Origin: an uncultured SAR86 cluster bacterium
GTDB lineage: Bacteria; Pseudomonadota; Gammaproteobacteria; Magnimaribacterales; AG-339-G14
Assembly: GCA_902594855.1 (NCBI GenBank)
Contig: CACJNS010000001.1
Location: forward strand, 104,696-168,695
Length of the DNA: 64,000 bases
Direction of reading: 5' to 3'
How positions within the stretch are numbered: the first letter of the stretch is position 1; each line of letters begins with the position of its first letter. The translations under genes and the position numbers were made by a program. The notes beneath the pieces are model-generated. The model was not told the origin of the DNA. It ran no database searches and saw only the letters and a list, made by a program, of their open reading frames with translations. Shown piece after piece: positions 10,361 to 20,199 of this stretch.

Positions 10361-11040
10361 ATGATGAATGGGATCACTTTAAATTTTACCTTTTTTAAAT
10401 AATCTTGATAGCCGTCTAACTCATTTATCAGTGTTTTTTCCTCTACCCGAATTCTGAAATAAAGACCTATAGTCAGAGCTACTATTGATATAACAAATGA
10501 AAAGTATGTTCCTAACCAAAGATTTGTGCCTAGAATAAAAAAAATAAACCCTGTATACATTGGATGTCGCACATAAGCATAAACTCCAGTATCAATGACC
10601 TTTTGTCCTCTGTCATCTTGGATATTTACTGTCATTTCTGCAAATTCGTTGGCAAGCATCGAAGCTAGTATGAAGAGATAACCTATTACATAAATTCCTA
10701 AACCTGATATTTTTAAAATGCCCTCGAAAGATGGTGTAATTTGAAAATGAAATGCATCTAAAGGAGAGAAAATTAGTCCAATCGCGATAGCAGAAAACAT
10801 TAAAGAAGTCGCAATTTTATCTTCTCTTGGCTGGCTGCTAGGTTGCACATTTAATCTTGCCTCTAAGCTTTCAGGCTTATAGATCAACAAATAGATGCAT
10901 GAAAAAAATGTCATGATGTAAAAAATGCCAAACCAAATTATTGCGTCTTCCCAATACCAGGTCCATGCAGGCAAATAAATAAAAATTCCGAGAAAAAAAG
11001 CTTGAACAGTTATTCCTAATAATGTTTTCACCCAAAGCAT
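10357..11040 (-). CDS. ICMT/phospholipid-methyltransferase-family integral membrane protein
   Basis: Multi-pass membrane protein with the RHPMYTGFIFFILG motif. Its stop overlaps the amine oxidase start (ATGA). Confidence 0.7.
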   Translation of the reverse strand: MLWVKTLLGITVQAFFLGIFIYLPAWTWYWEDAIIWFGIFYIMTFFSCIYLLIYKPESLEARLNVQPSSQPREDKIATSLMFSAIAIGLIFSPLDAFHFQITPSFEGILKISGLGIYVIGYLFILASMLANEFAEMTVNIQDDRGQKVIDTGVYAYVRHPMYTGFIFFILGTNLWLGTYFSFVISIVALTIGLYFRIRVEEKTLINELDGYQDYLKKVKFKVIPFII

Positions 11041-11102
11041 AAATGAACCCCCTATCTTTATGTATTGTTATTTAATGTAGTATAAAGAAAAAAAAGGAGT
11101 AA

Positions 11103-11882
11103 ATGATGGAGAATACAGTACCAAATTTTTCAATTGATCTAACGGGCCAAGTAGCTCTTGTTACAGGAGCTTCCTCAGGTTTGGGATACAGGTTTGCAAA
11201 AGTATTAGCAAAATGTGGAGCCAAAGTAGCAATTTCTGCTAGAAGGATTGAAAAGTTGGAAGCCTTAGCAGAGGAAATAAAAAATGATGGAGGAAAATGT
11301 TCGGTTGTTCCCATTGATATGATTGATAGAGAGAGCATCAGAACTGCAGTTCAGTCAGTTGAATCCGAGCTGGGAACCATTGATACTTTGATTAACAATG
11401 CAGGGATTCCGGATGCTCAATGGGCCATAAAACAATCAGATGAATTAATCGATAATGTCATAGGCACTAATTTAACTGGGCCTTATCTGCTCTCGATAGA
11501 AGTAGCAAAAAGATTAATTGAAAAAAACATGCCTGGAAGGATGGTGAATATTGCATCTATAGCTGCCTACAACACAACACCACAGTCTGCAGCATCTTTA
11601 TATTCCATAACTAAAAGAGCTATTGTTAGGATGTCAGAGGCTTTGGCAGTTGAATGGTCTGCAAAAAATATCAATGTCAATGCAATTGCACCTGGAGCTT
11701 TTTCATCCGAAATGATGGATGGCATGATCGAAAGGGTTGGTGATATTAGTCAGGCGTTTCCTCGAAAGAGGATTGGACTTCCTGAGCAAATGGATTCGAC
11801 CCTACTTTTCTTAGTATCTCCATCATCAGAATGTGTTACAGGTACATGTATCAAAATAGATGATGGTCAAGGTTCTAGGTAA
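11103..11882 (+). CDS. Short-chain dehydrogenase/reductase (SDR)
   Basis: TGASSGLG Rossmann motif, NNAG, and Y..K in SLYSITKRA. AAGGAG SD upstream. Confidence 0.85.
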   Translation: MMENTVPNFSIDLTGQVALVTGASSGLGYRFAKVLAKCGAKVAISARRIEKLEALAEEIKNDGGKCSVVPIDMIDRESIRTAVQSVESELGTIDTLINNAGIPDAQWAIKQSDELIDNVIGTNLTGPYLLSIEVAKRLIEKNMPGRMVNIASIAAYNTTPQSAASLYSITKRAIVRMSEALAVEWSAKNINVNAIAPGAFSSEMMDGMIERVGDISQAFPRKRIGLPEQMDSTLLFLVSPSSECVTGTCIKIDDGQGSR

Positions 11883-13031
11883 CTAGATAATTTTTTTTAG
11901 CTCTGCATCAAGATCATAGCTATGAATATCTCGAACCATAAAATTTGCTATAGGTAGATAACTCAAAAGTTTATTTCTTAAAAAAGTTAATAATGGATTA
12001 GAAATATGATTTAGCTTGGCTTGTCTTAGGGATCTTTTAAAGATATTTTTGCATCTTGATAGCCTCAAATCATCAAATAATTTTTTTGCATCATAGATAA
12101 ATTCTTTTTTATCTATAATTTCTGCAAGACAATAACTATCTTCTATTGCCAAGCAGGAACCTTGACCTAAGAACGGAACCATTGCGTGAGCACTGTCACC
12201 TAAAAGGAATATATTATTAGTCGAAAAGCTTTCTAAAGGTGACCTATGGAAAATTCCCCATTTGTAAAGCTTGGAATCTGCAAGATAAGTTAATAATTCA
12301 CTATTCCAATCTTTAAAATCAGATTGAAACTGATCTTTAGTTCCCTCTATTAGCCAAGATTCCTCTATCCAATCACTAGACTTAATGATGCACGTTGCGC
12401 TGTAGGTATTTTCTCCAATTGGATATGTAACGATGTGTGAGTTTGGACCTAAATAAAAATTTATATCTTCCCCATTATTTTTTTCAAATGGAGATGAGAA
12501 TTCCTTAATACTTCTCCATGCTATAAATCCAGAAAATAAAGGAGGAACAGATTTAAATTTTTTTGTTCGTAATGAAGAATTAATTCCATCGCAACCAAGA
12601 ACCAACTCTGAGTCGAATGATTTATCTTCAATTGTAATGTCCTTATTTTTAAAATCCTCAATCTTGTTATTGAAAATAACTTCGCCGCCATGCTCTAGAT
12701 ATTTGTCATAAAGTAAACCAATAAGTCTTTTTCGATTAAGAGTTAAATACTTTTCATCGCCCATATTAACTTTATAAGAGCTGATCTTTTTACCTTTGTG
12801 ATCTCTGAAAACCACTTTAGATGGCTGATGACCCAGAGAAATTAAATCTTCAAGAACTCCAATTTTTTGTAAAAGATTTGTAGCGTTTGGAGACAGATTT
12901 ATTCCAGCTGAGATATCAGATATTGCAGAGTTTCTTTCATAAATTACTGAGGAAATATTTTTTTTTGAAAAACAAATTCCCGCAGTTAGGCCAGAAATAC
13001 CCGCTCCGATGATTGAGACTTTTGGTGACAA
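11883..13031 (-). CDS. FAD-dependent aromatic-ring monooxygenase (salicylate/3-hydroxybenzoate hydroxylase-like)
   Basis: VSIIGAGISGLTAG dinucleotide fold, CDGINSSLR, and LLGDSAHAMVPFLGQG. Confidence 0.8.
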   Translation of the reverse strand: MSPKVSIIGAGISGLTAGICFSKKNISSVIYERNSAISDISAGINLSPNATNLLQKIGVLEDLISLGHQPSKVVFRDHKGKKISSYKVNMGDEKYLTLNRKRLIGLLYDKYLEHGGEVIFNNKIEDFKNKDITIEDKSFDSELVLGCDGINSSLRTKKFKSVPPLFSGFIAWRSIKEFSSPFEKNNGEDINFYLGPNSHIVTYPIGENTYSATCIIKSSDWIEESWLIEGTKDQFQSDFKDWNSELLTYLADSKLYKWGIFHRSPLESFSTNNIFLLGDSAHAMVPFLGQGSCLAIEDSYCLAEIIDKKEFIYDAKKLFDDLRLSRCKNIFKRSLRQAKLNHISNPLLTFLRNKLLSYLPIANFMVRDIHSYDLDAELKKII

Positions 13032-13036
13032 ATTAG

Positions 13037-13456
13037 TTATGCAGTTTTCATCTGTTCAAGCATGTTTTGCATTTGCTCATGAAGCTTATTAACTGCTTGA
13101 AGAGGTCTAACGATTACTTTAAATTCAGTAATTTTTCCCTCATCATTCCAAGAAACTAAATCTATTCCATTTATATAAATTCCATCAATTGTTGACTCGA
13201 ATTCTAAAACTGCAGAATTTTTATCAATAACTTCTTTAATGTATTTAAAAGGCTTAGATTTGCTTTCTTCCCCTTTGGTAGGCCCTTCTCCAAAAACACC
13301 GCCAGCAGCCATTAGATACATTTTTGTCATCTCTCTACCTTCAATTGGAGTGAAAACAACGGGAGAGTAAAAAGTACAATTTTCATCCAATAATTCATCA
13401 AACTTATTAGGATCGTTTGATTTAATCAGTTTGTGCCATTTTTCTATAGGGTGCAT
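13037..13456 (-). CDS. NTF2/SnoaL-like fold protein
   Basis: 139 aa. The N-terminus KWHKLIKSNDPNKFDELLDENCTFYSP is typical of SnoaL-like proteins. Confidence 0.55.
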   Translation of the reverse strand: MHPIEKWHKLIKSNDPNKFDELLDENCTFYSPVVFTPIEGREMTKMYLMAAGGVFGEGPTKGEESKSKPFKYIKEVIDKNSAVLEFESTIDGIYINGIDLVSWNDEGKITEFKVIVRPLQAVNKLHEQMQNMLEQMKTA

Positions 13457-13506
13457 ATTTTCCTCTTTTAAAAGAATAGTTTATAGGTTAATAAAAATAA
13501 AAAAAA

Positions 13507-14610
13507 TTATTTCTCATATACCCCAATCATTTTTGAGTTTGCTTTAAAAGGAAGGTTGCTTTCAAAATGTTTATCTATGGGTAAATCCTCTTGCTCCCAA
13601 AGAGGCATCCAACTTCCATTTCTGTGCAATAAATCTTTAAGAATTGATTGGGAATCTTTTGAAGCTTCTTGAAAATGTCCTCTCAGCTCTTTTAAACACC
13701 AAACTCTATATAACGAATATCGTACATTTTTAAAGCTAACTTGATCATTTATAAAATTAAAAGTTTTTTCATTCTGTCTGACTGCATTCACGTTTTCATT
13801 TAAATATGGTAAATAAGTTTTTCCAATCTCTTGGATAAGAGGCTCCATGTCTTGTGGAATGTAATCCAGCCACTCACCATCGTCTGATGACAAGCGATAT
13901 TTCCATAAGTTGCTGACCCAAGACAGAACGTTTGGTGCTTTCTGTTTAATAATTTCTAGAGGCACAGGATCTAAAGCAAAATGCCTAAAAAATGGCCCTG
14001 ACAATCCAATATCTCCAAGAGAAGGTTTGCCACCAAATAGAAATTTTCTTGAAGAAAATATATCCTCCAGTATTTTTAAAAGGCTAAGAAAGTCTTGCTC
14101 AACATATTTAAAATTTAAGCTATCAATCCCATCTCCTGTCGTATACCCATTTCTCTGTCTCCTTTGAATGTACCTACGTTTAAACCATATGGGCAAACGC
14201 ATACCTCCAAGCACTTCATTTGCTAAATGCCAAGAAGCAAATCTAGCTCCTTCTTCATAAAACCAGCGATAATGCATTGCTGGCCTCCACCACCATTCAT
14301 CAGCCCAATCTTCAATTAAAAAACATAGAAATGCTTGCGTTGAGTCATCCGGGATGATTGGATGCTCTGGATATTTGAATTCAAACCATTGGATCATCTT
14401 TGTTGTATCTGTCATCCAGCGACCATCTTTCAAAACAACTGCTGGCATCTGCTGAACCCCAACTTTTTCAATCATAGTTTTCTTAAATGAAGGAAAGAGC
14501 ATTGGCTTAAATGAATAAGGTATTTCCTTCACCTTAAAGTAGTTTTCCATCTTTCCTGTGAAATATGAAATGCTTGAACCGTATAGAGTTACAGGATGAA
14601 AATCATTCAC
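13507..14610 (-). CDS. Glutathione S-transferase-like protein (long form, 367 aa)
   Basis: The N-terminus has a thioredoxin-like GST_N pattern (TLYGSSISYFTGKMENYF...QMPAVVLKDGRWMTDT). Confidence 0.6.
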   Translation of the reverse strand: MNDFHPVTLYGSSISYFTGKMENYFKVKEIPYSFKPMLFPSFKKTMIEKVGVQQMPAVVLKDGRWMTDTTKMIQWFEFKYPEHPIIPDDSTQAFLCFLIEDWADEWWWRPAMHYRWFYEEGARFASWHLANEVLGGMRLPIWFKRRYIQRRQRNGYTTGDGIDSLNFKYVEQDFLSLLKILEDIFSSRKFLFGGKPSLGDIGLSGPFFRHFALDPVPLEIIKQKAPNVLSWVSNLWKYRLSSDDGEWLDYIPQDMEPLIQEIGKTYLPYLNENVNAVRQNEKTFNFINDQVSFKNVRYSLYRVWCLKELRGHFQEASKDSQSILKDLLHRNGSWMPLWEQEDLPIDKHFESNLPFKANSKMIGVYEK

Positions 14611-15802
14611 TGCCAGTAATATTGGATATGACTATATTGCCATTTAAAAATTCTTGAATTTCTTTTTTGCTGTAGTCTGCTTGCAATAATATTTCTTCAG
14701 TATGCTCTCCTAGTCTAGGAGCCGGTCTAACTATTTCACTTGGCGTTTTTGTAAATCGAGCGGCAGGTCTCGCTTGTCTTACTTCTCCTAAAGATTCATA
14801 TTCTGTTCTCAAAATTGAGTCGTTAGCTAGTATTTGTTCATTTTCAAGAAGCTCCATTCGATCCAGCAAAGGAGCGCAGGGCACGCCTTCTTTTTGAAAT
14901 AAGGCCAGGATTTCTTCACTTTCCCATTTAGCAATTTCTTCCCCAGTAATTTCTTTTCTAATCTGTGAATTGATAACTCTTCCTGCAGGAGTCGAAAATC
15001 TTTCGTCTTCAATTAGATCTTCCCTGTTTAAGGCTGTGCACATGCCCTTCCATTCAGCATCAGAGACAGCTCCTGCTGTTATATATCTGTCTTTTGCTTT
15101 ATAAATCAAATCTTGAGAGCCCTGTAATTTCCTGACATCAGTTTCTTTCTCAGCAAAAACAATTCCTGCCATTCCCTCTGGCCAGAAAAAGGAAAGCATG
15201 CAATCCAACATTGAAAGTTCAATGTGTTGAGCAATTCCCTTTTTTTCTCTTACATATAAAGCTGATGATGCTGCCTGCGCTGTAGTCAATGAGGTAACTT
15301 TGTCAGCAATAATAATTCTGAACATCTTAGGTCTTCCCGTATCTCTATCGGCTTGTATGTCTGTTGCCCCGGAAAGAGCTTGAATAACAGGATCGTAAAC
15401 TCTTGATGCTGAATAAGGACCGTTCTTACCAAACCCACTTATCGAAACATAAATAATATCTTTATTAATTTTTCTTAAATCTTTCTCACCAAAACCCATT
15501 CTTTCAATAGCGCCTGGACGAAAATTTTGCATAAAAACATCTGCTTCAGAAGCAAGTTTTAATAGTATCTCTTTGCCTTGTTTTGTTTTCAGATCTAAGG
15601 CAATTGACTTTTTACCTCTATTACAAGAATAGAAAACTGGATTGAGTCCATTATGATCTGCGGCCATATGTCGAACCAATTCTCCATTTAGTGGCTCAAC
15701 TTTGATTACCTCTGCACCTTGATCAGCTAGAATCATTGCTCCCATAGGTCCTGAGACCATGCTGGTAAGATCGAGAACTTTTATTCCTTGAAGTGGTCCC
15801 AT
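14603..15802 (-). CDS. Family III CoA-transferase (CaiB/BaiF type), second copy
   Basis: LQGIKVLDLTSMVSGPMGAMILADQGAEVIKVEP. 399 aa. Confidence 0.85.
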   Translation of the reverse strand: MGPLQGIKVLDLTSMVSGPMGAMILADQGAEVIKVEPLNGELVRHMAADHNGLNPVFYSCNRGKKSIALDLKTKQGKEILLKLASEADVFMQNFRPGAIERMGFGEKDLRKINKDIIYVSISGFGKNGPYSASRVYDPVIQALSGATDIQADRDTGRPKMFRIIIADKVTSLTTAQAASSALYVREKKGIAQHIELSMLDCMLSFFWPEGMAGIVFAEKETDVRKLQGSQDLIYKAKDRYITAGAVSDAEWKGMCTALNREDLIEDERFSTPAGRVINSQIRKEITGEEIAKWESEEILALFQKEGVPCAPLLDRMELLENEQILANDSILRTEYESLGEVRQARPAARFTKTPSEIVRPAPRLGEHTEEILLQADYSKKEIQEFLNGNIVISNITGSE

Positions 15803-15807
15803 TTCTT

Positions 15808-16443
15808 TTATCTAGAATAGTTTATATCCATAGCTTTTTTGTATGCTGGCCTATTAATAATATCGTCTCTGTATTGAGTCATATTTTTAGTCAATTCAAA
15901 CTCATAAAATATAGCCCAATCTAAGCATGAAATTAAAAAAATATCACAAATTCCAAAGCCTTCTTTCATAATGAAATTTTTGTCTTCTAAATATTCTTCT
16001 ATTACCTCAAATTGTCTTTTTAAGTAGTCTCTACATGCATTTGTAACTGTCTTTGATTCACCATAAATTTCTTTAAGATCATAATGTCGTCTCATGACAT
16101 AAAGTGATGTCTCATCAATCTCACTTAAAATAAAGCAACACCATTCATCTTCTTTAGCTAGCTCTACATCTGAAGTTGGAATAAATAATCCTTTTGATGG
16201 GAATGCTCTTTGCAAATATTTACATATTGCTAGACTCTCAGATAAGTAAAAATCTCCAATTTGCATTAAGGGAATTTTTTGTTTTCTATTTAAGCTGGTA
16301 AATTCTTTTGTTTGAGTTTCACCCGTTCTTGGGCCAATAGGATTCAACTTGTAGCTTAATCCTAATTCTTCTGCCATCCAAATAGGACGAAAAGTCCTGG
16401 CCGTTCCAGCTCCCCAAAAAATTATTTCTTCATCATTACTCAT
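15808..16443 (-). CDS. Glutathione S-transferase
   Basis: 211 aa with a GST N/C layout (KIPLMQIGDFYLSESLAICKYL). Confidence 0.75.
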   Translation of the reverse strand: MSNDEEIIFWGAGTARTFRPIWMAEELGLSYKLNPIGPRTGETQTKEFTSLNRKQKIPLMQIGDFYLSESLAICKYLQRAFPSKGLFIPTSDVELAKEDEWCCFILSEIDETSLYVMRRHYDLKEIYGESKTVTNACRDYLKRQFEVIEEYLEDKNFIMKEGFGICDIFLISCLDWAIFYEFELTKNMTQYRDDIINRPAYKKAMDINYSR

Positions 16444-16447
16444 TGGT

Positions 16448-18043
16448 TTATCTTAAATTGAAAAAACCAAATCCGTATGCCTGGAATACATAATAATCAT
16501 TCTCTGTGGATAGTTTATTTGATGGAAAAGCTGAATTGAATTGATATTTATTTTTTTCAACTGTTTTCGTTTCATTATCCAAGTTAAAAATGCAAATAAT
16601 TTTTTTAGAACTTCCTTTAGAGAAAATAAGAAGATCATTTGATGTGGGGATGAAGTCGAAATCGTAAATTTCCCTCTTAAAGTGCTCTTTTCTAGCCTTA
16701 ATCATCTTTCTATAGAAGTTAAGGACAGAATCATTTTTATCTTCTTGAAGGTTGACAGATTTTTGTTTTTGCTCTTTTTTCACGGGTAACCAAGGTTTAA
16801 CCTCTGAAAAATCAGCATTTAATTTTTGCGAGTTCCAAACCATAGGTGTTCTGCATCCATCACGACCTGCTTCTTCTGGCCAAAATTCTATTCCAGGAGG
16901 ATCAGTGAGTTCCTCAAATTCTAGTTTTGTCTCCGTTTGGCCTAACTCTTCCCCTTGATATATACAAACCGTACCCTTTAAGGATAGAAGTAAAGCACAA
17001 GATATCTTTGCAAGATCAGCAAGATTACTTTTATCTCTAGACCACCTAGAAATATGTCTCTTTACATCGTGGTTTGAAAAACTCCAACAGGGCCATCCGT
17101 CTTTTGTTGATGAATAAAAGTAATCAATACTATTCTGTATAGTGTCTGTGGATAATTCTTTTCGGAGTAACTCAAAGCTATAGGCTAAATGGAGCTTATC
17201 ACCGCCTTCAGTATATTTAATTTGTAGATCTTTGTTATCTATCTCGCCTAAAAGAATTGAGTTTTTGTATTTCTCAGAAACTTTTCGTAGCTTTTTCATA
17301 AAGCTAAAATTTTCTTTTTGATTTATAGAATATTTATGATCTTGCATTCCGTATGGATTTGCAAAAGGGATTTTTATATTTTTTCTTGATGGATTGTCTC
17401 TTAATTTAGAATCGTGAAAATAGTAGTTTGCCACGTCTAGCCTGAAGCCATCCACACCTTTTTTTAACCAGAAATCAGCAATAGATAAAACCCAATTTTG
17501 TACATCAATGTTGTGAAAATTCAAATCTGGCTGAGACTTCAAGAAATTATGTAGATAATACTGTCTTCTTATAGATGACCACTCCCAGGCTGATCCACCG
17601 AAAACAGATAGCCAATTATTTGGTGGGCCGCCGTCTTCTTTTGGATCAGCCCAAACATACCAATTGGCCCTATCATTTTCTTTATCCTTTTTACTTTGTT
17701 TGAAAAATGGATGCTCATCTGAAGTATGCGAATAAACCTGATCTATAATCAATTTCAATCCATTTTTATGACAGATATTGATTAATTCTTCGAAGTCATC
17801 CATGTCTCCAAACAAAGGATCGATATCAAAATAATCAGACACATCGTAGCCCATATCATTCATAGGTGACTTAAAAACTGGAGAAAGCCAAATAGCGTCA
17901 ACTTCAAGAGATTTCAAATAGTCTATTTTTGAAATTATCCCTTTAATATCTCCTATCCCATCTTTATTTGAATCAAGAAAAGATCTAGGGTATATCTGAT
18001 AAATTACTGCGTTTCTCCACCAGTCTTTATCGGATTGATGCAT
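16448..18043 (-). CDS. GH13 alpha-glucosidase / oligo-1,6-glucosidase family
   Basis: WWRNAVIYQIYPRSFLDSNKDGIGD, GVDGFRLDVANY, and FSNHD. Confidence 0.85.
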   Translation of the reverse strand: MHQSDKDWWRNAVIYQIYPRSFLDSNKDGIGDIKGIISKIDYLKSLEVDAIWLSPVFKSPMNDMGYDVSDYFDIDPLFGDMDDFEELINICHKNGLKLIIDQVYSHTSDEHPFFKQSKKDKENDRANWYVWADPKEDGGPPNNWLSVFGGSAWEWSSIRRQYYLHNFLKSQPDLNFHNIDVQNWVLSIADFWLKKGVDGFRLDVANYYFHDSKLRDNPSRKNIKIPFANPYGMQDHKYSINQKENFSFMKKLRKVSEKYKNSILLGEIDNKDLQIKYTEGGDKLHLAYSFELLRKELSTDTIQNSIDYFYSSTKDGWPCWSFSNHDVKRHISRWSRDKSNLADLAKISCALLLSLKGTVCIYQGEELGQTETKLEFEELTDPPGIEFWPEEAGRDGCRTPMVWNSQKLNADFSEVKPWLPVKKEQKQKSVNLQEDKNDSVLNFYRKMIKARKEHFKREIYDFDFIPTSNDLLIFSKGSSKKIICIFNLDNETKTVEKNKYQFNSAFPSNKLSTENDYYVFQAYGFGFFNLR

Positions 18044-18061
18044 AAAAATTAGAATGAATTA

Positions 18062-18415
18062 TTAAACTTTCACTCCAGCATTTTTTAATTCTCTTTTCAG
18101 TCTGCCTGTGAGCAATAGGAAAACCATATGATGATCGCCTATCAGTGACCAAAGAGGATAAGTAAAGGTTGCTGGCTTATTTTTTTCATAAAAAAAATGA
18201 CCTATCCACGCTGGACCATAACCTGCAAATAAAACTAAAGGGAGGAATAAATAGTTCTGACTGAAAATTAAAACCCAAAACAAAAGTTGGTACCCAATGG
18301 TTCCTGAATAATGGAGCATACGCGTACTTCTTTTACTATGTTCGCTAAGATAAAAAGGGAAAAAATCAGAATAAGTATTGTATTTTCTAAAATTCTCTTT
18401 CGCCATTGATTTCAC
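18062..18415 (-). CDS. DUF962 (Mpo1-like) membrane protein
   Basis: FFPFYLSEHSKRSTRMLHYSGT and GHFFYEKNKPATF motifs. Confidence 0.65.
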   Translation of the reverse strand: MKSMAKENFRKYNTYSDFFPFYLSEHSKRSTRMLHYSGTIGYQLLFWVLIFSQNYLFLPLVLFAGYGPAWIGHFFYEKNKPATFTYPLWSLIGDHHMVFLLLTGRLKRELKNAGVKV

Positions 18416-18439
18416 ATTTTTTTAAGTTTTTCCAAAAAT

Positions 18440-19114
18440 TTACCTAATCCTTTTGCCATTATGAGAATTTGAATGAGAGGTGAAAAGACTTTTATTACCA
18501 TCATCAATGATTTTTGAGGAAGCATCTAAGACATCCAAACTTTCGTAACAACTATGCCATATTAAATCAAATTTACTTAGCTTATGATCTGATAACGGCT
18601 TTAAAAAGGCCATGAGAGTTGGTCCTTTAATTTTATTTGTTGAGATAGAATTTTGATACTCTTGCTCAATAGGTAATATTTCAGAAAGGTGATGATTTTT
18701 CTTTAAAGAGCAATATTTAAACTCTTGAAAGTAATTTGATTCATCAAGCGGCTTTAATTCTCCTCTTAAATAGGCTTTGAAATCATAAATATTAGAAGTA
18801 TCAAAAGTTAAAATTGAATCAAATTCTTTATTCCAGTTTTCTTCGTGATCTTTTTTCCAAACATTCCAGAAATTGTCTCTATCTTTTGTCCATAGCTCTT
18901 GTTGCCAGAGAAAATCATAGTCTTCAGTTTTTTCAATGGGTTCAAGAATAACTGCCATTAATATTTCAAATCCTTCCTGATCTATTTTTTTATTCCATTT
19001 ATCTATTAGGATTGAAAGATTATCGTTTGTAAAATTGGGGCCTTTTTTGCAAGGGATAAATTCTACCATCCAATCTCCGTAGTCAGAGTTTTCAATCCAA
19101 ACTTCTTCGACCAT
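18440..19114 (-). CDS. Hypothetical protein (224 aa, Trp/Asp/Glu-rich)
   Basis: ORF only; no family recognised. Confidence 0.4.
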   Translation of the reverse strand: MVEEVWIENSDYGDWMVEFIPCKKGPNFTNDNLSILIDKWNKKIDQEGFEILMAVILEPIEKTEDYDFLWQQELWTKDRDNFWNVWKKDHEENWNKEFDSILTFDTSNIYDFKAYLRGELKPLDESNYFQEFKYCSLKKNHHLSEILPIEQEYQNSISTNKIKGPTLMAFLKPLSDHKLSKFDLIWHSCYESLDVLDASSKIIDDGNKSLFTSHSNSHNGKRIR

Positions 19115-19119
19115 AGTAT

Positions 19120-19578
19120 TTAAAGATTCATAATTTCTTTAGATAGCTTTTTCGCAGGCTTATGAAATCCTCCTTTTAAATACCTAAAGTCGGTTGTGTA
19201 ACCCTCTAGAGACTCCTTCAAGTCTTTGGATGCTTCTCCAAGAACAGCAAAATTTTCGATAGAAAATAACTCTTCAAATTTACTTTCCCATTTGCTACCA
19301 CGGAAATTTTTGACGTGCTCAATGGCAGCTTCATTACTTTTATACACTTCATATAGGAAGACTTTTTCTTCTGAGTCAAAATAGTATTGATAAATGACCG
19401 TATCGGGCTCCATTTTCATGACATTTTTTGTAATATCGTATGTAAATTTTTCTGCTTTTTTTATTTTTCCATCGTTAACTGACAAATCCAGCATAAATAT
19501 AATTGGATCAAGCTTTTTATGATCATCTGAAAAAATGTGGATTGAAAAAACTAATAGTATTGATAAAAAGATTTTCAT
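19120..19578 (-). CDS. Secreted protein with an ABM (antibiotic-biosynthesis-monooxygenase)-like domain
   Basis: Signal-like N-terminus MKIFLSILLVFSIHIFS. VIYQYYFDSEEKVFLYEVYKSNEAAIEHVKN resembles the ABM ferredoxin-like fold. Confidence 0.45.
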   Translation of the reverse strand: MKIFLSILLVFSIHIFSDDHKKLDPIIFMLDLSVNDGKIKKAEKFTYDITKNVMKMEPDTVIYQYYFDSEEKVFLYEVYKSNEAAIEHVKNFRGSKWESKFEELFSIENFAVLGEASKDLKESLEGYTTDFRYLKGGFHKPAKKLSKEIMNL

Positions 19579-19632
19579 TTCTCTCTCCTGTTAGATTAAA
19601 TAAAGATTAGCAGGTATTTTTTCTTATCCCAA

Positions 19633-20175
19633 CTAGTAAGAAACTAAAGTTTGAATATTGTATCCATCTTTAATAATTAGATCGCTGCCACCTAGCTTAG
19701 GTAAATCTATTACACCTAAAATAAGAATATTTGATTTCTTAATTTTAAAGTTTTCAGTTAATAGTTCTGCGCAAGCAATTGCTGTTCCACCGGTTGCAAC
19801 TAAATCATCGACAATAACAACCCTATCTGAGCTGTCGAAATTTGTATTTTTTTGAATTTCAATTGAAGTGTTCCCGTACTCTAAATCAAAGTTTTTTTTA
19901 AACGTCTCATTCGGTAACTTTCCTGGTTTTCTAGCTAAAACAAAAGGAAGGCCTAGTTCAAAGGATATTGATCCTGCAAAAATAAACCCCCTGCTCTCAA
20001 TGCTCGTTACTACAGAAGCACCAAAATTTTTGGTTGCATGTATTAATTCTTTGCATGTAATTTGAAAAGCCTTTGGATTCTCAATAAGGCTAGTAATATC
20101 CCTAAAATTAATTCCTTCAATGGGGAAATCCTTAACTTCTCTTATGTGTTTTTTTATATCTAGTGGATCGCTCAT
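19633..20175 (-). CDS. apt: Adenine phosphoribosyltransferase
   Basis: FPIEGINFRDITSL, and the PRPP-binding motif VVIVDDLVATGGTA. Confidence 0.9.
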   Translation of the reverse strand: MSDPLDIKKHIREVKDFPIEGINFRDITSLIENPKAFQITCKELIHATKNFGASVVTSIESRGFIFAGSISFELGLPFVLARKPGKLPNETFKKNFDLEYGNTSIEIQKNTNFDSSDRVVIVDDLVATGGTAIACAELLTENFKIKKSNILILGVIDLPKLGGSDLIIKDGYNIQTLVSY

Positions 20176-20199
20176 TTTCCTCTCCTTTTGAAAATTTTT

